Shown piece by piece: positions 1 through 11,000 of a stretch of DNA of 64,000 bases. This DNA comes from an uncultured delta proteobacterium (lineage in GTDB: Bacteria > Myxococcota_A > Polyangia > Polyangiales > Polyangiaceae): the NCBI GenBank assembly GCA_963782055.1, contig CAWAIF010000003.1:6016001-6080000 (forward strand), written 5' to 3'. The notes under the pieces were generated by a model. The model ran no database searches. It had not been told where the DNA came from and saw only the letters and a program-made list of their open reading frames with translations. Position 1 is the first letter of the stretch. The number at the start of each line of letters is the position of its first letter. A program made the position numbers and the translations under genes.

Positions 1-2
1 GC

Positions 3-1592
3 GCGGGCCGGGGCGAGCAGGTGGAACGCGGCGGCGAGCGCCGCCTGCGCCCCGTGCTCGTCGTGCATCTTCTGGGCGACCTCGCTGGAGGCGAGGAGCA
101 GCTGCGACCTCAGCACGATGTCGCGGGAGGCCTCGGGGAGGGTGAGCGCCTTCTGCAGATGCGCGGCCGCCTGCTTGTCCTTGCCGTCGTGCTGCTCGAT
201 GCGCGCGAGGTCGAGCAGCGCGCGCGCGCCGGGGTCCGACGCGATGGACGCGGTGAGCAGGCCGCGCGCGGCGTCCAGCCGGCCCTCGCGGAGCTCGATC
301 TCGCCCATGTCCGCCTGCACCACGGCGGGGCTGGGCTTGAGGCCGGTGACCTTGGCGTGCGCGGCGATGTCCAGGATGGGCGCGGCGGCGCGGAAGACGC
401 GGCGCGCGGTGTCCGTCCGGCCGTCCTGCGAGGCCTCGTCCATGCCCTGCATGGTGATGCGCAGAGCGAAGCTGAGCGTCTGCTGGTCCGGGTGCGCGCG
501 GCAGGCGTCCTCGAGCACCGCGGGGCTCACCTCCGGCATGCCGAAGGAGCCGAGCGCCTCCGCGATGGTGGCCGCCGCCTCCAGGCGCGTCGGGTCGAGT
601 CGGTAGGCCTCGCTCGCGGCGGTGAAGGCCGCGGCGCGGAGCAGATCGCGGTCGAGCACCGGATCGTCCTCCTGGCTGCTCTCGTCCGCCTCGGCGGGGA
701 AGAGGGCGTGCAGCACCTCCACCCAGCGATCGGCGGTGGGCTTGTCACCCACGTCGCTCACCGCGTCGTAGAGGTGCTCCGGCACCAGCGGCGGCAGGAG
801 CTTCACGCGCGTCAGCGTCTTCACCGCGCCCTCGGCGTCGCCCTCGCGCAGGTACAGGCCGACGATGGTGGAGCCCGCCGACTGCAGCGCGCGGATGGCC
901 TCGGCGCGCTCGTACTGCGAGAGGCTCCCGCGCGGGCGCGACGAGACGCGCTCGCGCGCGCGGTCCAGCCAGTCGACCGACGCCTGCACCGCGTCGTCGA
1001 GGGCGGCCTGGCTCGGCTCGAGCAGGGCGCGCTGGATCGCCTGGTCCTGCACGTCCGCGGCGCCGCCGATGGACGGGTCGCTCCCGGAGGTGTCGTGCGT
1101 CCACTGGGCGAGGGCCTTGAGGTGAAAGCCGGCGTCGGCCTTCTGGGCGGGCGTGCCGATGCGCGAGAGGATCTCGAAGATGGCGCGGCTGCGGCCCTCT
1201 TCACCGCGCGCGGACAGCGCCTTGCCGGCCGCGGCGATGGCGGCGGGGCCGTCCGGGCCGAGCGTCTCCGCCTTGAGATCGCCGGTGCGCAGCAGGAGCA
1301 GACCGCCGGTGACCGCGGCGACGCCACGGCCGGCGGAGCGCCCGTGGAAGAGGGCCTCCGCGCGGCTCATCTGCCGGCTCAGAACGCCTTGCAGGCGGGC
1401 GGACCGCTCCGCCGACCCCGGCTCGCTCATGAGGAGGTCGCGCACCGCGGGCGCGAAGTCGTCGTCGGACACTGCGGTGGGTGAGGCGAGGCCTTCCCCG
1501 CCGTGTCTGGCCCCCCGCCCCCCGGCGGCCGGACCACACCCCACTGCCAGAGCCAGCGCTGCCACGCACGGGAAAAATCGACGAAAACGCAT
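3..1592 (-). CDS. Lipoprotein with TPR-like helical repeats (partial, runs off window start)
   Basis: Not in ORF track. Read manually from ATG 1592: [20 protein letters not shown] (lipobox); later [20 protein letters not shown] and [25 protein letters not shown] (TPR-like). No stop before the window edge. Confidence 0.8.
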   Translation of the reverse strand, partial: MRFRRFFPCVAALALAVGCGPAAGGRGARHGGEGLASPTAVSDDDFAPAVRDLLMSEPGSAERSARLQGVLSRQMSRAEALFHGRSAGRGVAAVTGGLLLLRTGDLKAETLGPDGPAAIAAAGKALSARGEEGRSRAIFEILSRIGTPAQKADAGFHLKALAQWTHDTSGSDPSIGGAADVQDQAIQRALLEPSQAALDDAVQASVDWLDRARERVSSRPRGSLSQYERAEAIRALQSAGSTIVGLYLREGDAEGAVKTLTRVKLLPPLVPEHLYDAVSDVGDKPTADRWVEVLHALFPAEADESSQEDDPVLDRDLLRAAAFTAASEAYRLDPTRLEAAATIAEALGSFGMPEVSPAVLEDACRAHPDQQTLSFALRITMQGMDEASQDGRTDTARRVFRAAAPILDIAAHAKVTGLKPSPAVVQADMGEIELREGRLDAARGLLTASIASDPGARALLDLARIEQHDGKDKQAAAHLQKALTLPEASRDIVLRSQLLLASSEVAQKMHDEHGAQAALAAAFHLLAPAR

Positions 1593-1625
1593 GGACGGCG
1601 GGTACTTTACACTACACTCGGTCCC

Positions 1626-3003
<1,378 letters not shown>

Positions 3004-3018
3004 CGGTAGCCTCGGGAC

Positions 3019-3267
3019 ATGCCGCCCCGCCCTCGCGTTCCTCGCAAGCTCCTGGTGGCCTCCCTGGGGGTCGCCGCCGTCAGCTACGTCGCCTGCGGGC
3101 AGGAGACGTCAGGCAACCTCGTCGCGCCCCCGCAGGACGCCTCGCTGAAGGACGTGCAGGAGGAGCAGCTCGTCGCCAACCTGCTGCCGCCGCCGATGGA
3201 CGCCGGCCTCGAGGTCTCGACAGGCGATGCCGGCGCCGACGCCGCGGACGACGCGCAGGGAGACTGA
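3019..3267 (+). CDS. Small lipoprotein with duplicated NL(V/L)xPP motif
   Basis: [17 protein letters not shown] signal/lipobox; SGNLVAPP and VANLLPPP; acidic DAG-rich tail. Confidence 0.7.
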   Translation: MPPRPRVPRKLLVASLGVAAVSYVACGQETSGNLVAPPQDASLKDVQEEQLVANLLPPPMDAGLEVSTGDAGADAADDAQGD

Positions 3268-3271
3268 GCCG

Positions 3272-4078
3272 GTGCACGCGGAGCTCTTCGAGCTGGAGAT
3301 GCTCGGCGAGGGCATCGAGCGGCGCTACCGCAAGATGCGGCCGGAGGTGGAGGCGATGCCGTGGGGGACGCTGGACACGCGCGGCATCCCCCCGCAGGCG
3401 GTGGTGCTCGCGCGCAAGTCGTGGACGGGCGCCGCCTACCAGGAGCACCGCACCGGCGTCGCGTGCTGCGCCACGCTGCGCGCGCTGATGGAGTGCCGCG
3501 CCCCGCTGGACCTGGTGGCGATGGCGGCGCGCTTCCCGCTGGACGAGGTGGTGCACGTGGAGCTGTGCGCGCGCATGGCGATGGAGCTCGGCGGCGGCAC
3601 CGAGATCGTCCACGACCCCGACATGATGATCGCCGACGCCGACGAGACGCTCTCGCCGTTCTTGCGGGCCTCCGATCTCGTCGTGCGCTTCTTCTGCGTG
3701 GGCGAGGCGCTGAGCATCCCGCTGCTGCGCGGCACCTGGCGCGCGGCGAAGCACCCCCTGCCCCGCGCGGTGCTGGGGCGCATCGTGCGGGACGAGGCCG
3801 CGCACGGCACCTTCGGCTTCACCTTCCTCGACTGGGCCGGCACGCGCTACACGGAGGCGGACCGCGCGTTCCTCGGCGCGCGGGCGGACCGGACGATCCG
3901 TGCAGTCTACAAGCAGTGGGCGCACATCAAGAAGAACCGGAAGGGGACGTGGGACAGCACCGCGGGGGACGCGCTGGCGTGGATGGAGTCGGATGCGTAC
4001 ATGGAGCTGGCGGTGGCGTCGCTCGAGACGAAGGTGAGGGCGCCCTTGCGAGCGCGGGGGATCCCCGTCACGGCGTGA
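3272..4078 (+). CDS. Ferritin-like (di-iron carboxylate) domain protein
   Basis: QEH, DEVVH, CVGEALS, DEAAH: paired E...ExxH ligand pattern of the ferritin-like fold. Confidence 0.82.
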   Translation: MHAELFELEMLGEGIERRYRKMRPEVEAMPWGTLDTRGIPPQAVVLARKSWTGAAYQEHRTGVACCATLRALMECRAPLDLVAMAARFPLDEVVHVELCARMAMELGGGTEIVHDPDMMIADADETLSPFLRASDLVVRFFCVGEALSIPLLRGTWRAAKHPLPRAVLGRIVRDEAAHGTFGFTFLDWAGTRYTEADRAFLGARADRTIRAVYKQWAHIKKNRKGTWDSTAGDALAWMESDAYMELAVASLETKVRAPLRARGIPVTA

Positions 4079-4109
4079 GGCGGGTCGCGCGCGCATGCGC
4101 ACGTGGACG

Positions 4110-5426
4110 TCACAGGTCGAAGGTGGCGAGGTCCTGTTCGCGGACGGGCGGCTGATCGCGAGCCTCGGGGACGACGGAGACGTCGGCGCGGATCAGGCGG
4201 ACGCGGGTGGCGTCGTGAAGGGTGGGGTCGGTGCGGGCGAGGTAGATGGCGAAGGCGTGGAGGCGCTCGGGGCTGACGGGGTGCGTCGCGCCGGCGAGGG
4301 CCCAGACCACGCCCCACTGGCGCTGGGAGCGGTGGCCGCGCGCGTCGCGCAGGACGTGGACGTCCACCTCGTGGCCGTCCCGGAGGGTGGCGCGGGCGCG
4401 CAGGTCGGGCATGACGGTGGCGGGGCGCCACTGGAAGGTCGGGTAGCAGGCGAAGGGGTACGACTGCATCTGCCCGCGCGCGCCCTGCACCACCGCGCCG
4501 GTGACCAGCGCGGCGCCGACGAGCAGCGTCACCAGGCGTCGTGAAGAGGCCTCGCGCGGCGCCGTCTCGCCGGCGACGGCGCCACCGGGACGAGGCCCGC
4601 GCTGCAGCCACCCGAGCGCGCGGCGCACGTCGAAGAGCACGACGTAGCAGGCCCAGAGGCTCACGAAGGGGATGAGGAAGATCGCCTGGGCGAGCAGGTG
4701 GAAGAGGAGGCCTAGGACCGCCGCGACAGGGCGCGCCGGACGCCACAGGAAGAGCACCGGCGCCGCCAGCTCGAAGCCGAGGACGAAGAGGCCGCCGCCG
4801 TGCAGGAGCCACGGGTGGTGGTCGATGCGAAAGGCGGGGACGGTCCCGTGCTCGGCCCACTTCCACCAGAGCTGGTTGCGCAGGTTGTCGGAGAGCGCCC
4901 ACCCGAGCCCCTGCTGGGCGAGCTTGTGCACGCCCGGGAAGAAGTAGACGGCGCCGAGCAGGAGGCGCGCGAAGAGGAGCGGCACGCCGTAGGCGAGGGA
5001 CGCGGGCGCGGGCGGGCGGCGGTCGAACGCGAGGGCGTGATCGCACGGGCTCGCCGCGAGCAGCGCGCACATCCAGAGCAGGTGCATGTCGTGCCAGACG
5101 AAGCCGGTGAGCTGCGCGATGGAGAAGAGGTAGAAGGCGCCGAGGGTCAGCACGAGGAGCGCCGGGCGCGCGCGCAGGCCCACGGTGGCGAGCAGCGCGG
5201 CGAGGACGGTGACGAGCTCCACGCCGATCGCGAGCCAGGGGTGGATGGGCACGACGCGCACGAACCAGCCGAGCCCCTCCGGCACGACGTAGAGCGCGTG
5301 GTCCAGCCGCGCCACGCGCACGCCCTCGCGGAGGCCGGGCGCGGAGAGAACCATCAGCGGGACGACAATCCGCAGGGCGGCGAGCGTCTCCGGCGGCTCG
5401 GCCTCCAGCACGCGCGGGAGCTTCAC
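4110..5426 (-). CDS. HTTM-like multi-pass membrane protein
   Basis: LAALRI N-terminus, VYFFPGVHKL..GW, FELAAPVL, FHL, YPF near the C-terminus; several TM helices. Confidence 0.75.
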   Translation of the reverse strand: MKLPRVLEAEPPETLAALRIVVPLMVLSAPGLREGVRVARLDHALYVVPEGLGWFVRVVPIHPWLAIGVELVTVLAALLATVGLRARPALLVLTLGAFYLFSIAQLTGFVWHDMHLLWMCALLAASPCDHALAFDRRPPAPASLAYGVPLLFARLLLGAVYFFPGVHKLAQQGLGWALSDNLRNQLWWKWAEHGTVPAFRIDHHPWLLHGGGLFVLGFELAAPVLFLWRPARPVAAVLGLLFHLLAQAIFLIPFVSLWACYVVLFDVRRALGWLQRGPRPGGAVAGETAPREASSRRLVTLLVGAALVTGAVVQGARGQMQSYPFACYPTFQWRPATVMPDLRARATLRDGHEVDVHVLRDARGHRSQRQWGVVWALAGATHPVSPERLHAFAIYLARTDPTLHDATRVRLIRADVSVVPEARDQPPVREQDLATFDL

Positions 5427-5692
5427 GCGCCCCCGCGGCTGCGGCCTGTGGCGATGGCGACGGCGATGCCCTGGAGCAGTACGCCCCGAACGTGCTCGCG
5501 CAGCTGCGAGCCGGCGACCATCGCTGCCATGGCGGACGCCGCGTTGGCGCCGTCACGCCGCACCTTCCCGGTCAGCACGCCGTCCAGGCGGGTCCGGGAG
5601 CAGACGACCCCCACCAGCGTCACGTCGCCCCGGTGCGTCCGGAGAAACGGGGCGTCGTCGAAGCCGATGACGTTGGTCCGGAGCAGACCCAC
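5423..5692 (-). pseudogene. DUF99 (endonuclease V-like) gene with an in-frame internal deletion
   Basis: N-terminus NVIGFDDAPF..LVGVV..RLDGVL..VRRDGANA..LLQGIAVA is joined directly to the C-terminal IATGRSRG; about 90 aa against roughly 190 aa typical. Confidence 0.7.
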
Positions 5693-5828
5693 CGGGTGGA
5701 GCATAGAGCACCCAGGCCAGGCCCGCGGGGGCCGCGGCTGCCCGAACCACCCCGCGAGGCGCCGCGATCCACTCGCGGCCCCTGGCGAGTTCTGGCCATC
5801 CTGCTACAAAAAGACCGGGCTGGCGCTC

Positions 5829-5844
5829 TGGTACGCCGGATGCT
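5829..5844 (+). promoter_or_regulatory. Putative sigma-54 -24/-12 promoter for the amidase
   Basis: TGGTACGCCGGATGCT: GG-N10-GC spacing; ATG 14 nt after the C. Confidence 0.55.
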
Positions 5845-5856
5845 TGCGTGGAGGCG

Positions 5857-7381
5857 ATGAGACTCCGAGGGCTGCTCGTGATGGGGGCGTTACTGGTCGC
5901 GTGCGGCAGCACGGGGAGCAGCCCCGCACCCGTGCCGCAAGCCGGCGGGCCGCTCGCGCAGTCCTTCGACGCGAGCGCCGCGGCCAACGCCGTCCCGCGC
6001 AATCTGCTCGTCGCGATCGCGCAGGTCGAGGGCGGCCTCACGATGCCCGCCACGCGCGTCGTGGACCCCGCGGCGCAGGTGCCGGTGGCCGGGCCGATGG
6101 AGCTTCGCCACGGCGCGTTCGACTCGCTCGCCCGCGGCGCCGCGCTGATGGGCGCGAGCGAGCTGGCCCTCCGGCAGGACACCGACACGGGCCTGGAGGC
6201 GGGCGCCCGGGTGCTGGCGGAGCTCGGGTCGGAGCACGGCGCGCACGGCGGAGACCTGGCGAGCTGGAAGGACGCGATCGAGGAGCTCTCCGGCTTCTCC
6301 GACGCGGCGCACCGCGAGCACTACGCGCACGAGGTCTTCGCCCTGCTGGCGAGCGGCGGCACCTTCCCCGGTCGCGACGGCGAGTCGGTGACGATCGCCG
6401 CGCACCCCGAGCTGCCGCCTACCCTGACGCTGGACGTGTCGGACGCGCTGCACACGCTGGGCAAGGCGGAGTACCCGGGCGCGGAGTGGATCCCCACGAG
6501 CTGCACGAACAAGTGCGACACGACACGCGGCGGGGCGACGGTGCAGTACGTCGTCATCCACGACACCGAGGGCGGGTGGAACGCGAGCGTCGCCACCCTG
6601 CAGAACGACCCGGGCAAGAGCGTGCAGTACATCGTCGGTCAGGACGGCCACGTCGCCCAGTTCGTGCCCGAGTCGTACACGGCGTGGCACGCCGGGAACT
6701 ACTGGTACAACCAGCGCTCGGTCGGCATCGAGCACGTGGGCTACTACAAGCAGCCCTACCCGGAGGCACAGTACGCCTCCAGCGCGAAGCTCGTCGGCTA
6801 CCTGACGGGCAAGTACAAGGTGAAGAAGGACCGCGCCCACATCATCGGGCACGACCAGAATCCCCAACGGCAACGTGATGGCGCAGAGCTCCGCGCCCTG
6901 CAGCAAGTCCCCCTCCTCGTGCGAGTCGGGCTCCAGCTACGGCGGCGCGGGCAACCACCGCGACCCCGGCATCTGGGAGTGGTGCACGTACATGCCGAGG
7001 TTCGGCGGCACCTGCAAGTGCAACGACATCTGGAATCTGTGGAACTGCTCCTCGGACCACACCAAGGCGTTCCGGTGTACCAACGGGCAGGTGCAGCTCG
7101 AGACGTGCGACGGCCCCGGCGCGTGCCAGTCCAAGCCCATCGGCCAGAACGACGTCTGCAACCAGGCGCCGCCGCCGGATGACGCGGGCGTGCCCACGGG
7201 TCCGTTGCCTCCGCCGCCGCTCCCGCAAGACAGCACCGCGGCGCCGGGCGGGGGCAACGGGAACACCGCGCCGGGCGAGGGCGGCGGCTGCTCCACCGCG
7301 CCGGGCTCGCGGGGCGACGCGATGGCGCTTGGCCTCCTCGCCGCCGCCCTGATCTTCTCCCGCAAGCGCCGCCGCCCCTGA
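5857..7381 (+). CDS. N-acetylmuramoyl-L-alanine amidase (Amidase_2) lipoprotein with MYXO-CTERM-like tail; apparent +1 frameshift near 6859
   Basis: LLVACG lipobox; VVIHDTEG, AWHAGN..N..SVGIEHVG, HIIGHDQ, HRDPG; tail GGGCSTAPG..LLAAALIFSRKRRRP. Removing one A in GAATC (6858-6862) joins the two ORFs as DQIPNGN. Confidence 0.9.
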
Positions 7382-7430
7382 GCCCATCGCGCCTTGCGCG
7401 CGATAATCGCCCGGCCAGGTCACCGGGACG

Positions 7431-7551
7431 CCCCCCTGTCCCCCCTGTCCCCCTTCCTGTCCCCGGACACCAAACGTCGAACGGCAGGCATGCTTGCAAT
7501 TCGACGTTTCAGCGGGAATCTGGAGAGAGGGGGGGTGGCATGGGGTGTGCT
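7431..7551 (+). promoter_or_regulatory. Upstream module of MarR cassette copy 1: CTGTCCCC(C) tandem repeats, palindrome, sigma-54 promoter
   Basis: Three CTGTCCCC units; AAACGTCGAA..TTCGACGTTT (7472-7509); TGGCATGGGGTGTGCT (7536-7551). Homologous to 36499-36625. Confidence 0.7.
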
Positions 7552-7563
7552 GATGGTGAGGGG

Positions 7564-8154
7564 ATGGACCCTGTGTTCTTCACCATCAAGCGGGCTTACT
7601 ACGCGACGCTGAAGCTCACGCGGCGGGCGCTGGCGGCGATGGGACTCACCGCAGCGCGGTTCGACCTTCTCGACGCGATGTACCGGCTCGGGGCGCGCCG
7701 CGTTCACCTTCAGAGCAACCTTCGACGCGGACTCGGCGTCGCGCGCTCCACCATCAGCGTGATGATGCGGTCGCTCGAGCGGCTGGGGCTCGTGACGCGG
7801 CGGCGTGACGGGCGCGACATCCTGGTCGCGCTGACGCCGGAGGGGCGCGGCCGCGTGCGCCGCGCCTTCTACGGGCTCGTGCTGGTCGGCCACGTCGGGC
7901 TGGCGCTCGACGGCGCGCTCGCCCCCGGCGAGCGGCGCTGGCCCGCACAACGCGCGTGCGTCCGCGCCCGCCGGCACCTCCAGGTGCTCTGCCTGCGCAT
8001 TCGAGACGGCTTCGGCGACGCGGCCGACCTGGACCGCCTCGGGAGCCTCTGGTGGGTGCGAGATCAAGAGACGGCACGCCGGGCACGCAGCCACGAGGCG
8101 CGCCGGCAGCGGCAGCTCGGCGACACGTATCCGCCGGTCGCGCCCTCGGCTTGA
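7564..8154 (+). CDS. MarR-family winged-helix regulator (paralog 1)
   Basis: GLTAARFDLL..QSNLRRGLGVARSTISVMMRSLERLGLVTR..VALTPEGR. Confidence 0.88.
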   Translation: MDPVFFTIKRAYYATLKLTRRALAAMGLTAARFDLLDAMYRLGARRVHLQSNLRRGLGVARSTISVMMRSLERLGLVTRRRDGRDILVALTPEGRGRVRRAFYGLVLVGHVGLALDGALAPGERRWPAQRACVRARRHLQVLCLRIRDGFGDAADLDRLGSLWWVRDQETARRARSHEARRQRQLGDTYPPVAPSA

Positions 8155-8176
8155 ACGGCGCGCGCCGGCGCTCTAC

Positions 8177-9535
8177 CTAGAAGAGCCCGCCCAGGCCCAC
8201 CTGCACGCCGCCGGCAGTCGGCGCCGCGTACGGGAGGATGGCCGCCTGAGACTCGTCGCTGGTGGGTCGCTTGGGGAGCGGCTCCTTCGACATGCCGAGC
8301 GTGATCAGCATCCCGGCGAGGAAGCCACCACCAGTCCCCGCCGCGAGCGCCCCGAAGCGCTCCTCGGTGTTGCACTGCGTGCAGGCGCCCAGCGCGAAGA
8401 TGCCGCCGGAGAGCCACGCCAGATCGACGTAGCGCACGCGCGAGATGCGCGGAGAGACGACGGAGGCCGTGAGCACGCCGACCGCCGCGCCTCCCAGGCT
8501 TCCGATGGCGCCGCCGAGGGCGAAGCTGGAGAGGGGATCGCGATCGGTGTAGTCGCTGCTCGTGGTGGCGCCGCCCGCGATGCCGCCGGCCACCAGCCCG
8601 GTCGTGAGCGCGGTGGCGGCGACCCAGTGCGAGCGCCCGGGCGTCGTCCGGAAGATCGCGGCGGCGACCGCGCCGCTGACGATGCCGGCGCTGCTCATGG
8701 TGAAGGTCCACGCCACCGCGCGACGCGCCGGGTGGCTCGCGGAGAGGCTGCGGGAGTAGACGCCGTAGCTGCTGTCGACGCCGTAGATGTGGTTGCCGTC
8801 CCACAGGCCGAAGCCGAGCCCCGCCGCGGTGCCCACCAGGAAGCCGCTGGTGACGGCCTCCGCCGCGCCATAGCGGAAGGCGTGGTGGAGGTCGGCGAAG
8901 GCGATGGCGCCTGCGCTCGCGCCCGCGATGCCCAACCCGAGAAGCGTCGCGCTGCCGCTGTCGGCGAGGACGGCGGCCATCAGGCCCGTGACGATGCCGT
9001 AGCCCTGCGCACCGAAGACGTAGAGCGAGACAATCTCGTCGGTGCTGCGGCGCTCGGGGTCGGGGGTCTTCGGCGGGAGCGGGAGGGTGGAGACGACGGC
9101 GCCCGCGGGCGGAGCGGCGAGGGAGCTGCCCGACGCGTGCGCCGAGGCGATGCCGAGCTGCCCGAGCGCGGCCGTGCGGGCGACCGGCGTCGGCGCGGTG
9201 CGAACGAGATCGGTGTATTCTACAATGGCCGAGTCGAAGTGCCCCTCGAGCATCGCCCGGCCTGCGGCGGCGTAGCGCGCCTCCCAGCTCGCCGACGGCG
9301 CGGCGGCCCCCGACAGCGTGACGCCTGGCGAAGCCGAGCCCGCGCCCGCGCCCGGCGCGCCCGCACCCGGCGCGCCGGCAGTTGCGGCGGCGGAGCCGGC
9401 CCCGGGCGCGGCCGACCCCGACGCGGGTGGCAGCTTCGGCAGCGCCGTCGCCGTCCCCTTCCCCGTCTGCGCGAGAGCTCCGGTCGCGGCGAGCACGGGC
9501 ACCAGGCCCAGCAACGCCGCCGCGGCGAGCTTCAC
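8177..9535 (-). CDS. Exported Gly/Ala-rich multi-helix membrane protein (paralog B)
   Basis: GTG start overlaps the upstream stop; signal peptide, Pro/Ala linker, helical pair, RRSTDEI motif, many GxxxG helices, ends GVQVGLGGLF. Confidence 0.75.
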   Translation of the reverse strand: MKLAAAALLGLVPVLAATGALAQTGKGTATALPKLPPASGSAAPGAGSAAATAGAPGAGAPGAGAGSASPGVTLSGAAAPSASWEARYAAAGRAMLEGHFDSAIVEYTDLVRTAPTPVARTAALGQLGIASAHASGSSLAAPPAGAVVSTLPLPPKTPDPERRSTDEIVSLYVFGAQGYGIVTGLMAAVLADSGSATLLGLGIAGASAGAIAFADLHHAFRYGAAEAVTSGFLVGTAAGLGFGLWDGNHIYGVDSSYGVYSRSLSASHPARRAVAWTFTMSSAGIVSGAVAAAIFRTTPGRSHWVAATALTTGLVAGGIAGGATTSSDYTDRDPLSSFALGGAIGSLGGAAVGVLTASVVSPRISRVRYVDLAWLSGGIFALGACTQCNTEERFGALAAGTGGGFLAGMLITLGMSKEPLPKRPTSDESQAAILPYAAPTAGGVQVGLGGLF

Positions 9536-10905
9536 AGCGACCCCGCGAGCCCGATCTGCAAGCCGCCGTTCGTGGGGGTGATCATGGGGACGAAGGACAT
9601 CCCCTTGTCCGGCTCGTGCTCCGACAAGGGGTCCGGCTTCATGCCGATGGTCGCGAAGAAGGTGCCCACGAAGCCCACCGCGTCGCCGATCGCCATCGCC
9701 GCGAAGGCGCCCGTCGGCGAGCAGCTGTACGCGCCGCACAGGCCACCGGCGAACAGACTCCCGCCCAGCCAGCCCGCCTCGATGAGGTGCGCGCGGCCGC
9801 TCGACATGGAGAGCGGACCGGCGGTGAAGATGCCGGCGCCCAGACCGCCCAGACCGGCGAGCGCCGCGGAGAGGCCGACGTTGCGGTTGGCCTCGTTGCT
9901 GGTGCCGCTGTGGTCCTTCAGCGCGGTGTCGCCGCTGGCGGCGCCGGCGAGGCCGGCGGCGAAGAGCCCGCTGGCGAAGGAGACGTCGTAGACCCAGGTG
10001 GAGCGCCCCGGCGTGGTGCGCACCGCCGACCCGGCGATCGCGCCGATGACGGCGCCGCCCGTGGTCATGGTCCAGATGTACGCCATGTCCTTCGTGTACG
10101 AGTGGAAGGAGCTCTTGGCGCGGTTGCCTGCCCACTCGTTCCACGCGACGCCCTCCCCGAGGCCGATCATCGCGCCGGCGAACATGGACTGCGGCACGCC
10201 GTAGCGAAGCAGGTGCGCGTTGTCCAGCAGGGCGACCGCCGTCACGTTCGCGCCGGCGAAGCCCGCGCCCAGCAGCAGGCCCGCCACCGAAGCCCCCGCG
10301 GTCGGGTTGCCGTTCTTGGTGAGCGAGTCCACGAAGAAGCCGGTCAGGATGCCGTGGCCCACCGCGCCGACGTACAGAAGGACGAGCTCGTCCGCCGAGC
10401 GGCGCGTGCGGTCCCGATGCACTGCCGGCGCAGGGAGCCGCCCCGGCGCCGTCGGCTCCGTCCAGACGCCGGCGCTCCGCGCAGGCGCGGGGGCGATCGC
10501 GACGCCATGGTGCTGCTGGTACTGGGTCGCGAGGCGGAGCTGGTCGAGGGCGAGATCGCGCGCCGCGGGCGTGGGTGCCGTCGCCGCGAGGTCGGTGTAC
10601 ATCTGCACCGCGGCGGCGTAGTCCCCTGCGGTCATGCGGCGTCCCGCTTCGTCGTAGCGCTGCTGCCACGCGGCCATCGCGTCGACCGGAGGCGCGGCCG
10701 ACGCGGAGGCCGAAGGCTGCGCCGCGCTGCCGCTCGCGGGCGGCGCCGCCGACGACGAGGCGGAGGGCTGGGCCGCGGCGCCCGACGCCGTCGGCGACGG
10801 GGGCGGCAACGGCGGGAGCGTGGGACCGGAGGACTGAGCAAGAGCCCTGCCGAGCAGCGGTCCGGTCAAGACCAGAACGGAGAGAAGCCAAGTGCGCATG
10901 CGCAT
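9532..10905 (-). CDS. Exported Gly/Ala-rich multi-helix membrane protein (paralog A)
   Basis: Signal peptide; WQQRYDEAGRRM, RRSADEL, RTTPGRSTWV shared with paralog B; ends GLQIGLAGSL. Confidence 0.8.
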   Translation of the reverse strand: MRMRTWLLSVLVLTGPLLGRALAQSSGPTLPPLPPPSPTASGAAAQPSASSSAAPPASGSAAQPSASASAAPPVDAMAAWQQRYDEAGRRMTAGDYAAAVQMYTDLAATAPTPAARDLALDQLRLATQYQQHHGVAIAPAPARSAGVWTEPTAPGRLPAPAVHRDRTRRSADELVLLYVGAVGHGILTGFFVDSLTKNGNPTAGASVAGLLLGAGFAGANVTAVALLDNAHLLRYGVPQSMFAGAMIGLGEGVAWNEWAGNRAKSSFHSYTKDMAYIWTMTTGGAVIGAIAGSAVRTTPGRSTWVYDVSFASGLFAAGLAGAASGDTALKDHSGTSNEANRNVGLSAALAGLGGLGAGIFTAGPLSMSSGRAHLIEAGWLGGSLFAGGLCGAYSCSPTGAFAAMAIGDAVGFVGTFFATIGMKPDPLSEHEPDKGMSFVPMITPTNGGLQIGLAGSL

Positions 10906-11000
10906 GTTCGAAACGTATCACAGCGAGGTCAGGTTCCCCGCGCGCCGATGGCGTGGCATAGTCCTGTCTTCCCCGCACCGGCCCCCTCGAGGTTGTCTGC

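Noticed and set aside
21..1484. Long + strand ORF (487 aa)
   Set aside because: Antisense shadow of the minus-strand TPR lipoprotein; stop codons are rare at this GC content.
7431..7470. CTGTCCCC repeats as a CRISPR array
   Set aside because: 9-nt tandem units without spacers; no cas genes.
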